This document shows, piece by piece, positions 1 to 7,865 of a stretch of DNA of 29,370 nucleotides. The translations under genes were made by a program, and so were the position numbers. The stretch's first letter is position 1; every line of letters begins with the position of its first letter. This DNA comes from a virus (taxonomy: Duplodnaviria; Caudoviricetes). The stretch spans positions 1-29,370 of the IMG/VR virus record IMGVR_UViG_3300045557_000079. The stretch is one strand, 5' to 3'. The notes beneath the pieces were generated by a model. It was given only the letters and a program-made list of their open reading frames with translations, did not search any database and was not told where the DNA came from.

Positions 1-612
1 TCATCCCATTCCCTCCAGTTCTGCGCGCAGCCGTTTCAATTCGCCGTTAAATTCAACCTGCCTATTAAACTGCTTCTCGCGCAGGATTTTCTTTTCTAAT
101 GTAGCAATATCGCGTTCGAGTTTTTGCCGCTGTTTATCTCGATCTACTGCATCAGCGATATCTCCTTCAACGCCGAGCCGCCCTCCTGAAATCTGTCGTG
201 CTAAGTTTTCATACACAGTGTCAAGATTCAGCCCCTCAAACTTTAACGTGAACCCGTCAAGTAAGAACCAGTCCGTATTGTAGAACGTGCCGGACGCTTC
301 CATCCAGGACTGTGCCTCATCACCGAAAGTCAAAACAAATAGAATTTTATAAGGTATTGCTTTGGCGATTGCAGGCAGAACACGCTTGTCAAGCCCACGC
401 TGACGTATAGCTACCTCGAATACCTGAATTTCTTTCACGGTCTCTCCAGCAGCAACAGCTACCGTGCTATCGGCCAGTTTATTTCTCCAAACGACCGATT
501 CTATCTGGTCTTTTATCAAATCACGCAACTGGGTTGTCAGCGTCGCATTAGCATAAAGCTTTTCTTTAGCCACACGACGGTTTACCTCAGTCGATCGGGG
601 TAATCCTAACAT
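1..612 (-). CDS. DUF4391-like protein (partner of SNF2 helicase / type III RM-like loci)
   Basis: 203 aa ORF 7 bp after the helicase stop. N-terminal 'MLGLPRSTEVNRRVAKEKLY', 'EIQVFEV', 'IAKAIPYKILF' and the C-terminal coiled coil 'EKQFNRQVEFN' match my recollection of DUF4391. Confidence 0.75.
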   Translation of the reverse strand: MLGLPRSTEVNRRVAKEKLYANATLTTQLRDLIKDQIESVVWRNKLADSTVAVAAGETVKEIQVFEVAIRQRGLDKRVLPAIAKAIPYKILFVLTFGDEAQSWMEASGTFYNTDWFLLDGFTLKFEGLNLDTVYENLARQISGGRLGVEGDIADAVDRDKQRQKLERDIATLEKKILREKQFNRQVEFNGELKRLRAELEGMG

Positions 613-619
613 ATTATCG

Positions 620-3600
620 TCACCTCACCACAAGGAAGCAAATCATCTCAAAGTCGTCCAATCCGCTAATTTTGGTATTTAGGGCAGACGTGCCGCCCAG
701 ACTGAACAGGCTGTCGATGTCGCTTTCCGCTTTCACATCAATGATAGAGTTTATCGCATCCGTGAGCAGTGAAGACACACTCCGCATATCCCTCCCATCC
801 TTCGTCTCGGCATTGAACTCACGGCAAACATCCATCACAGGCGAGTCCTTACCTTTACAAAGTTGGCGGGTCTTATCGAGCAGTTCCTTGGGTGAAAGGT
901 GATCGCAGACGACTTCGCCGTCCGTACCCACATATACCATATAAAATGGATGAAGTCGGTTCTGCATATCGATGTTCACGCTGTTGTTAAGGTTCTTTAG
1001 AACAAACACCACACCCGGCGGGCAATCCTCTGAAGATGGCACCACAGCGTGAAGTCCAAATGGAACCGTGTCCATATCTCCGTTTCGCTTTACGTATTCA
1101 AGCAAGTCGAGGCGGAACTCGTTCAGTCCCAAATCCATAATAGAGATGCCTGACTGCATATCCTCAATATCCACAACCTCCTCCTGAAGCCGTTTCAGTT
1201 GCGCTTTACGGTATTCAAGATCGCCTTGTTCCTCTGCGTTAATAAGATCGTCGTCACCCGTGGCGGTCATCACAGAAATGCGCATTCTTGTTTCTACACG
1301 ACCTTTAAGGGAAAGGTACTCATCCAAATCCACGTCCGGCCAGAAATTTACAAGCTGAATGACCGCATTGCGGCTGCCAATACGGTCGATTCGCCCAAAT
1401 CGCTGGATAATCCGCACGGGATTCCAATGAATATCATAGTTCACACAATAATCGCAGTCCTGGAGGTTCTGACCTTCTGAAATACAGTCCGTAGCAATCA
1501 GCACAGAGATATCGTCCTGGTTGTTCGGCATCAGCAGGTCCTTATCTTTTGAAATCGGAGAGAACAATGTCAGGGCATCGTTCATTGACGCCCGTTGCCC
1601 TTTAATGGTTGTCTTGCCGTCCACGCTTCCAGTAATCATCGCCGTGTCAAGTCCGAATCTCGACTTTACGAATGTGCTCACGTTCTCGTAAAGGTACTCC
1701 GCCGTATCTGAGAACGCTGAGAAAATAAGAATTTTGCGGTTGCCGTCATTAATAGGGCTGGTCAACTTGCTCTCGATTAGCCCAAACAGAGTTTGGAGTT
1801 TGGTGTCGTGTTTTGGCGTGATATCGTCTATCAGCATTTTCAGGAGTCCCAGTGTGTCAGCATCTTCAGAGAGCCTGTCCCGCCAAGTCTTGAAGTCCAT
1901 ATCAGCGAGGTCAATTTTGATGCTGTGTTCGGCAGCGAAGTAGTCCGTGTTGCGGTCGTCGTCATCAAAGTCCACATCATCGCCTACAAGTTCGCGGCCC
2001 TTTATAACCGAACCTTCGCCAGCGATGAATGCATCTATCTCAGCAATAGTATCATCAATCAGCTGCTTGACACGCCCGATGGTTAAGCGGAATGATTCCA
2101 CCGAACTTTCAAGTCGTTTCAAGAGGTTAATGCTCATCAAACGCCGTATACCCATTTCACGCCCGGCGCGGTTAATGTTTATTGATGTATCAACATACTT
2201 TCCGAGTTGGCTTGGGAAGATGAAGTCGGTTGGGATATATACTGAGAGGTTCAGCCTCATCAATTGGGCATAAATTTCGCTGTAGTTAATCGCGCTCTCC
2301 AAGTCGCTAAGACGGGGGCGCAATGACATCGGTTTCAATCGCTCTGGGAACTTTCCGATTTCCTCCATGTTATAGTATTTTTCGATATGTTTACGGGATC
2401 GGGCAATAGTTACACTATCCAGCACTTCAAAAAAGTCAAAATCCAATGCCTTTAAAAGATTTTCAGTAGTTCGTTCGCTCTCTTCTTTGATATTCCATCG
2501 ATTGAAAGCAATTTGAGCATTACGGAATATCTCATCTATTGATCGCTTAGTTCCCAGCTTATCATCTATCAAATCTGGGTTTCCTTCGTATGCAAGTTCA
2601 AGTTGGTTACGCAAGTCAATGAAACGATTATTCACCGGCGTTGCTGATAGCATTAAAACTTTAGTTTTTACCCCGGCACGAATGACCCGGTTCAATAAGC
2701 GAAGATAACGGTTCTCCCTGCGGTCTTCCCCATATACCTGCCCGCCGTTTCTGAAGTTATGGGATTCATCAATGACGATTAGGTCATAATTCCCCCAATT
2801 GAGCCTATTTAAATCAAGTCCGTTTGATTTGCCTCGTTCTCTTGAAAGGTCCGTATGGTACAACACGTCATACCTTAAACGGTCGGCGGCTATCGGATTA
2901 TTTATATAGTTATCCTTAAAAGTGTTCCAATTGTCTGATAGCTTTTTGGGGCAAAGCACAAGCACAGATCGGTTACGGTTCTCATAGTACTTTATGACCG
3001 CAAGAGCAGTGAATGTTTTGCCAAGTCCGACGCTATCCGCAAGGATACACCCATTGTAAGATTCAAGTTTGTTTATAATCGCCAAAACCGCATCCTTTTG
3101 AAATGTATAGAGTTTATTCCAGATTTTGCTCTCTTTAAATCCGGTCGCCTCGTTTGGAAGCACATCCTCAGAAATGTCCTCCAAGAATTCGTTAAAGATG
3201 TTATATATCGCCACAAAGTAGATAAATTCCGGCGCATTTTCGTTGTAAGCGGCGGTAATGCCATCAATGACCTGCTCGGTCACGTCCTGCATCAGGCTTT
3301 TGTCATTCCATATCTGATTAAACATACGAACGTACTCGCTCGAAAGAGGCATAAACATTTTATTGACGGGATTGATAATGTTATTCCCACGTTCACACCC
3401 AATATCGGCTGTAGTAAATCCGTGGAGCGGCATATATGTCGTTTCCTCTTCGCCAGTAACGTTCATAAAACCACTGATATTGCCTCCGGTCAAATTAGAG
3501 CGGAACTTGACTTTCTTGCGAATCCAATCGGCACATTCACGGGCGATAGCCTTTTGGGTCAGTTCATTGCGAAGTTTGACCTCGAACTCGGTTCCGTAGA

Positions 3601-3853
3601 GGGATCTCTCGCGGTCAAGGCGAGGTATGTAGAACTCCCGCTTTTCTTTAGGTGCTTTCTCTTGCAAAAATGTCGGTGAGGTAAAAATAAAGCGCAACTC
3701 ATCAATGCCATCAAGCTGCTTCTTGAGGGCTTGATAGGCATAGATTGAGAAACACGCCGCCGCCACGGACAGCTTGTCGCCCTTCTTAATAGTGACTGTC
3801 AAATCGTCTTTGACAGTTTTGCTCACATTGTCGAACATTTCTGGCATTTGCAT
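620..3853 (-). CDS. SNF2/RapA-like SF2 helicase with a long N-terminal (PLD-like-fold?) domain
   Basis: Motifs LADSVGLGKT (I), IVIDESHNFRN (II, DExH), LSATP (III), LIFSAFSDT (IV), ATDCISEGQNLQ (V), QRFGRIDRIG (VI). SD AAGGAG 8 nt upstream of the ATG at 3853. Confidence 0.9.
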   Translation of the reverse strand: MQMPEMFDNVSKTVKDDLTVTIKKGDKLSVAAACFSIYAYQALKKQLDGIDELRFIFTSPTFLQEKAPKEKREFYIPRLDRERSLYGTEFEVKLRNELTQKAIARECADWIRKKVKFRSNLTGGNISGFMNVTGEEETTYMPLHGFTTADIGCERGNNIINPVNKMFMPLSSEYVRMFNQIWNDKSLMQDVTEQVIDGITAAYNENAPEFIYFVAIYNIFNEFLEDISEDVLPNEATGFKESKIWNKLYTFQKDAVLAIINKLESYNGCILADSVGLGKTFTALAVIKYYENRNRSVLVLCPKKLSDNWNTFKDNYINNPIAADRLRYDVLYHTDLSRERGKSNGLDLNRLNWGNYDLIVIDESHNFRNGGQVYGEDRRENRYLRLLNRVIRAGVKTKVLMLSATPVNNRFIDLRNQLELAYEGNPDLIDDKLGTKRSIDEIFRNAQIAFNRWNIKEESERTTENLLKALDFDFFEVLDSVTIARSRKHIEKYYNMEEIGKFPERLKPMSLRPRLSDLESAINYSEIYAQLMRLNLSVYIPTDFIFPSQLGKYVDTSININRAGREMGIRRLMSINLLKRLESSVESFRLTIGRVKQLIDDTIAEIDAFIAGEGSVIKGRELVGDDVDFDDDDRNTDYFAAEHSIKIDLADMDFKTWRDRLSEDADTLGLLKMLIDDITPKHDTKLQTLFGLIESKLTSPINDGNRKILIFSAFSDTAEYLYENVSTFVKSRFGLDTAMITGSVDGKTTIKGQRASMNDALTLFSPISKDKDLLMPNNQDDISVLIATDCISEGQNLQDCDYCVNYDIHWNPVRIIQRFGRIDRIGSRNAVIQLVNFWPDVDLDEYLSLKGRVETRMRISVMTATGDDDLINAEEQGDLEYRKAQLKRLQEEVVDIEDMQSGISIMDLGLNEFRLDLLEYVKRNGDMDTVPFGLHAVVPSSEDCPPGVVFVLKNLNNSVNIDMQNRLHPFYMVYVGTDGEVVCDHLSPKELLDKTRQLCKGKDSPVMDVCREFNAETKDGRDMRSVSSLLTDAINSIIDVKAESDIDSLFSLGGTSALNTKISGLDDFEMICFLVVR

Positions 3854-3885
3854 AATGCTGGCTCCTTATATGCGACAGTTTTATT

Positions 3886-4008
3886 TCAATTCTTTAATGT
3901 TGAAATAGAAATCAACCCTGAATCAGTCTTATTGACATCATCAAAAAAGCCCACGCGAAGAGAGCTCAAAAAAAATAAAACCAAAATTAATTTTACACTA
4001 GTATTCAT
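3886..4008 (-). CDS. putative 40-aa peptide with hydrophobic N-terminus (MNTSVKLILVLFFLSSLRVGFFDDVNKTDSGLISISTLKN)
   Basis: Translated by hand; too short for the ORF track. GGGGGG 5 nt upstream of the ATG, downstream of a good promoter, ending just before the helicase RBS. Confidence 0.3.
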   Translation of the reverse strand: MNTSVKLILVLFFLSSLRVGFFDDVNKTDSGLISISTLKN

Positions 4009-4042
4009 CCAAGCCCCCCAGCTCAAAATTTATTCCTCTTAT

Positions 4043-4071
4043 ATTTTAAAGATTTATTCAACTTTCTGCAA
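4043..4071 (-). promoter_or_regulatory. sigmaA-type promoter facing the helicase operon
   Basis: Minus strand TTGCAG-17 nt-TAAAAT. The -35 overlaps one arm of the inverted repeat CTGCAAGG(4066-4073)/CCTTGCAG(4095-4102). Confidence 0.55.
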
Positions 4072-4214
4072 GGCATTTTTCTTGAAGTCGCCTTCCTTGC
4101 AGGTTATATTACCATATTTCGCACAGTAACTGCCCTTTCTCTTATTGCAATAAAAGAATAAGCGCAAATATGAAACGCCAATCGGCATCTTACATCTACG
4201 CTTTTTAGAGTACC

Positions 4215-4239
4215 AAAAAGAGCCCCCTTTCGGAGGCCC
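4215..4239 (-). terminator. intrinsic terminator ending the phage late/lysis operon
   Basis: Minus strand GGGCCTCC-GAAA-GGGGGCTC-TTTTT just after the stop of the last phage gene. Confidence 0.8.
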
Positions 4240-4243
4240 AATC

Positions 4244-4438
4244 CTATGAAAACAATATGGAAACAACAACCCCGCCAACCGCCGTCCCTATAAAAACCAT
4301 AATCCCAATGATCAAGTTCAGCTTGGTGTTTATGACAGCGAAGTTTGTGGAAGCCTTGGCAAGTTCCTCTCCATGCTTTTTTACCTCCTGCTGAAGCTCC
4401 TTTAATGCCTCACAGGGGGATTCATGCTCTGCAATCAT
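4244..4438 (-). CDS. XhlA-like lysis-associated membrane protein
   Basis: 64 aa: coiled coil followed by a single C-terminal TM (LIIGIMVFIGTAVGGVVVSILF). SD GGGAG. Located in the lysis cassette. Confidence 0.6.
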   Translation of the reverse strand: MIAEHESPCEALKELQQEVKKHGEELAKASTNFAVINTKLNLIIGIMVFIGTAVGGVVVSILFS

Positions 4439-4454
4439 CTTGTCACTCCCTTCT

Positions 4455-5102
4455 TCATCTTAGCAGCCACTTGGCCACGTTCTCCTTTTTAGCGTAATTA
4501 ATCTTCACCCAGGGCCGTCCCTTGCTATCGAGTTCCGTTTTAAATACCGGCACCTTGGTACCTCTTGGGATTTTCCGAAGCACCGGCCCCCAGATTCCTT
4601 TTCTCACATTGAGCGCAGAGACCCTTACAACCATGTGCGGGATTTTCAGATATTCCGCAAAGGTCAAGTTATGCCGGTTCAGAAAATAGTAACCGCTTAC
4701 TGTCTCATCCATACGGTTTTCATACCTGGTATCGATATGGGTGGCGTTATGCATCATTCCAATGCTCCACTTCCAGCCAATCCCTTCCAGGTAGAGGCAA
4801 ACCTTCTTAGACGGGACAATCTTTCCTGTTTTGTCTTTTACAACAACGTCTGCGGCCTGGCCGTAGAGATGAGCACTGTTTGATCCTCCGCCTACCTTAG
4901 CGTTGTGTGCTGGTGTCCTATATCCGGAATTAACAGTGATGCCTCCCCCACCAAAAAAGGCCCGCAGTTTTTCGAGCCTTGCAAGAAGCGTTGTGGAGTA
5001 CTTGACCATATCGCTCCCGGAGCAGGCGAATTCACCTAGGGTAAAATGCTCCGAAATCCTATAGTCTCTACCGACCTTGGATATATACTTTGTCTTAATC
5101 AT
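4455..5102 (-). CDS. endolysin, peptidase M15 (Zn) domain + C-terminal SH3-like cell-wall-binding domain
   Basis: HFTLGEFAC, NSGYRTPAHNAKVGG, SAHLYGQAAD and HID motifs; C-terminal 'VSALNVRKG...WVKI'; next to the holin. Confidence 0.85.
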   Translation of the reverse strand: MIKTKYISKVGRDYRISEHFTLGEFACSGSDMVKYSTTLLARLEKLRAFFGGGGITVNSGYRTPAHNAKVGGGSNSAHLYGQAADVVVKDKTGKIVPSKKVCLYLEGIGWKWSIGMMHNATHIDTRYENRMDETVSGYYFLNRHNLTFAEYLKIPHMVVRVSALNVRKGIWGPVLRKIPRGTKVPVFKTELDSKGRPWVKINYAKKENVAKWLLR

Positions 5103-5105
5103 GTC

Positions 5106-5336
5106 TTATCCCTCCGCCTCTGCATCTTCCTCTTCCTCAACCACTTCCGGAAGTCCGGCAAGGGATGTCAGAAGAGACGCCAGTGCCGCCATGACAATGA
5201 CCGAGCCTGCAATGCGCCAATCTACATCTCCAAGGAGGACCTTGGTACCAAATAGCCCGAGAGCCGCTTGAGCCGCCGTTTTTATGGCCCTTGTTCCTGC
5301 TGCAAGCCACCATTTCTTTGAAATCAGTTTATTCAT
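5106..5336 (-). CDS. holin (r1t-like family)
   Basis: 'KKWWLAAGTRAIKTAAQAAL...LASLLTSLAGLPEV', two TM segments, acidic tail, upstream of the endolysin. Confidence 0.9.
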   Translation of the reverse strand: MNKLISKKWWLAAGTRAIKTAAQAALGLFGTKVLLGDVDWRIAGSVIVMAALASLLTSLAGLPEVVEEEEDAEAEG

Positions 5337-5512
5337 TTTTGTTCTCCCTTCACTTCTTCAGATTCTTCATCTGCCATCTTGTTTACCACGTCTATGGTTT
5401 CTCTAAGTAAAAGTAACGACTGTGCCATCGCGATGCTGTCGTCACCTGTAACTTTTATGCGCATTAAATTTAAATGCACATCCCTAAGGGAATTCAGTAA
5501 TTTGGATTTCAT
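5333..5512 (-). CDS. 59-aa hypothetical protein between tail fibre and holin (MKSKLLNSLRDVHLNLMRIKVTGDDSIAMAQSLLLLRETIDVVNKMADEESEEVKGEQK)
   Basis: Hand-translated and absent from the track. SD GAGGTG, ATGA overlap with the holin start, fills the gap. Confidence 0.75.
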   Translation of the reverse strand: MKSKLLNSLRDVHLNLMRIKVTGDDSIAMAQSLLLLRETIDVVNKMADEESEEVKGEQK

Positions 5513-7862
5513 TTTCCACCTCCTCTAACCTTGTAAATAGCTCCTGCACTGCCGCAACAATCGGCGCGATGAGCTCCTCATTGCGGATACCGTACCTGAC
5601 TGCATCATCAGGCAAGTCCTCCGAGTAAGCCGCCTCATCTAAGAGTGGCGAGCGAATATAGGCTGCGCAATCTGGGATACCTACTTTTGTCATAGCCGCT
5701 TTTAATTGCTGCGCCGTAAACCCGTAATGATTCCGGCCGCTTTCCCCGTCAATCAGCTTGAACTGCACCGGGTCCAGCGCACGAATAAGCTCCGAAGCCT
5801 TCTCAATAATCCTCACATCCGTTTTCTCCCTGGCATCGGAAGTATTGATGGTGGCCGTACTGCAATAAATGAGGCCCCACCGGTAGCTCGGGGAGCCAAA
5901 TCTGTAGTTGTTATCAATGCTAGGCCTAAAGTAGTTATAAGTGCCGGAATCATAAAGGTTCACTGATCCGCTGGGGTGCGCCAGCCCCCACCAGTTTGAA
6001 TGTACATCTAAAACAGTCAGATTCCCATCTGCCGAGAAGGTATACTGATTGGCACCATCGTCGAAGGAAATGTAGTCAGGTGTAGCACTTCGGCTTCCCA
6101 TGTAAAGTTTCCCATACATATTGATGTCCCGAAAACGCTGTCCTTCATCCCCAAGGTCGTAGCTATTATCGTTTGCGGGATAGAGTGAGGTTTCCCCCAC
6201 CACCACTTTCTGGTACCGCAGCCCATCTGCGCTGTCTTGGATGTAGAATTTAATGCCGCCAGTGTCCTTGGCGTATAGGTTGCAATTATCCTCGCAGCCG
6301 TAATTAATCAGCAGGGAATTAGAGCTCCCGGACATGCTGAGTACGCCGATGCTGACCGCATTCCGATCCGTCATGTAAAGGTTGTTACTGCTGGTGTCAA
6401 AATATAGGCTGCCTGTGCCGGCAAGGTGTACATCGCCATTAAACTGTGCGTCCCAGTCTATTTCCAGACCTTCGTTTTCTGCCACTTTGCCAATCGCCAT
6501 CCCAAGCCCGCCAGCAAGAAAATCCATCACAACGCTGGCCGTAGAAATCTCAACGGTCTTCAGCGCCGTAGATACTTTGTCCTGAACGCTCCCTTGCACC
6601 TCGTAGGTATATGAGGCCGACGCTTCCCGGATATATGACTGATCCACCGAGTAGTCCGTTAGCCCCGAGACATCAACAGGCGTCCAGGTTTCCTCTGTGG
6701 TTTTCTTAAACTGCAAGGTATAGATCTTGTTGTTGTCATTATTCACAGGAGAGATGCTGCCCTGAAACCGGATTTTGATGTAATCCCCATTTGGATCAGT
6801 GTTTCCCAAAGCATCGCACCGTTCCCCGGTTACAGTAACAGATGGCGACGCGTAAGGATAAACCGTAATCTCCTGGCTATATAGCGCAGAGACTCTTCCC
6901 CTGCTGTCTTTGACCTTCAGGGCCACATACATGATCCCAAAATATCCAAGTACGGCAGAGATGAAGGTCGCATTCTGGTACAGAGCCGGAAGCGCCGTAA
7001 GGCTTGGGGTGATGTACCAGTAGTAGGTTGCCGTCGTGGCGCTGTACTGGTTTGTGATGGTGGATCCTGTTGCCTGCACCTTTGAGATGCCCTTGGCGTA
7101 AACATTAAACGGGTCTCCCGCCAGATACCTGTTAAAGGAAATGCCCGTTACTACCGGTACTACGCTTTCAGGAACGACAATCGTAAAAGAGCCGTCCACA
7201 TACCCCAGGTTATTCCCATCTCCGTCATAGGTTGTGACCCGGCAATTTGCAATGCCGGAGGTGGCGTTTGGAATGGCATTCAGCCAGCTCATGGGGATAG
7301 TGTAGCTCTGGCTTGTTCCGACAGAGTAATAGCTCTGAGAATATGCGCCAATACTGAATTTCACTGTGTGGTAAAAAGTCGATGATGCCCTGCTAATACT
7401 TACTGCCATAGCGTTTGTCCCATCTACAGTCACTGAACCAGTCAAGGAGGCGATGGAGGACTTTCTTGGGATCGTCGGCAGTGCCACGTTATAGGCAGTC
7501 TGGTTATAGGTTCCTGCTCCGACTCCTGTTGCGCAGTAGCCTTTGACATCGATTTCCTTTGATCCATCTGTATCATGGTATACTTTGATACCGGTCTTAC
7601 TTAGGATGGTGTACCAGGTTCCGGTCACAAAGCTTCGAAAGTCGATGGTGTCATCTGTGACCTTCACAGAGCCATCCACGGACAAATACAAATTTGCACC
7701 GCCCAAGTTATATGACGATGCGTTTGTTGTTTCCCGGGCCCTTAAAACCAGATTGATGATAGAATAATTTCCGGAAACGGATTGGCTGTCCACCTCAATT
7801 CCGATTTCACCCTCATGCCAGCCGCCGGAAAAAGCCGCTATTTTGTAATATGTGTAAGACAT
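5484..7862 (-). CDS. tail fibre / receptor-binding protein: DUF859-like N-terminus, C-terminal peptidase S74 intramolecular chaperone
   Basis: 'LPTIPRKSSI' and Ser/Thr/Tyr-rich beta domains; C-terminal 'TSDAREKTDV...HYGFTAQQL...YGIRNEELIAPIVAAVQEL'. Confidence 0.8.
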   Translation of the reverse strand: MSYTYYKIAAFSGGWHEGEIGIEVDSQSVSGNYSIINLVLRARETTNASSYNLGGANLYLSVDGSVKVTDDTIDFRSFVTGTWYTILSKTGIKVYHDTDGSKEIDVKGYCATGVGAGTYNQTAYNVALPTIPRKSSIASLTGSVTVDGTNAMAVSISRASSTFYHTVKFSIGAYSQSYYSVGTSQSYTIPMSWLNAIPNATSGIANCRVTTYDGDGNNLGYVDGSFTIVVPESVVPVVTGISFNRYLAGDPFNVYAKGISKVQATGSTITNQYSATTATYYWYITPSLTALPALYQNATFISAVLGYFGIMYVALKVKDSRGRVSALYSQEITVYPYASPSVTVTGERCDALGNTDPNGDYIKIRFQGSISPVNNDNNKIYTLQFKKTTEETWTPVDVSGLTDYSVDQSYIREASASYTYEVQGSVQDKVSTALKTVEISTASVVMDFLAGGLGMAIGKVAENEGLEIDWDAQFNGDVHLAGTGSLYFDTSSNNLYMTDRNAVSIGVLSMSGSSNSLLINYGCEDNCNLYAKDTGGIKFYIQDSADGLRYQKVVVGETSLYPANDNSYDLGDEGQRFRDINMYGKLYMGSRSATPDYISFDDGANQYTFSADGNLTVLDVHSNWWGLAHPSGSVNLYDSGTYNYFRPSIDNNYRFGSPSYRWGLIYCSTATINTSDAREKTDVRIIEKASELIRALDPVQFKLIDGESGRNHYGFTAQQLKAAMTKVGIPDCAAYIRSPLLDEAAYSEDLPDDAVRYGIRNEELIAPIVAAVQELFTRLEEVENEIQITEFP

Positions 7863-7865
7863 GGC

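Noticed and set aside
3962-4032. CAAAATT-containing motifs resembling the integrase 3' end (possible att core or arm sites)
   Set aside because: Short, AT-rich and inexact; cannot be distinguished from chance.
3854-4243. tRNA/tmRNA fragment as integration target
   Set aside because: No T-loop or acceptor-stem pattern is visible on either strand.
4054-4278. 74-aa minus-strand ORF from the track
   Set aside because: Overlaps the previous gene and runs through a clear terminator, with no SD or recognisable family. Its 3' part being a disrupted host gene cannot be tested here.
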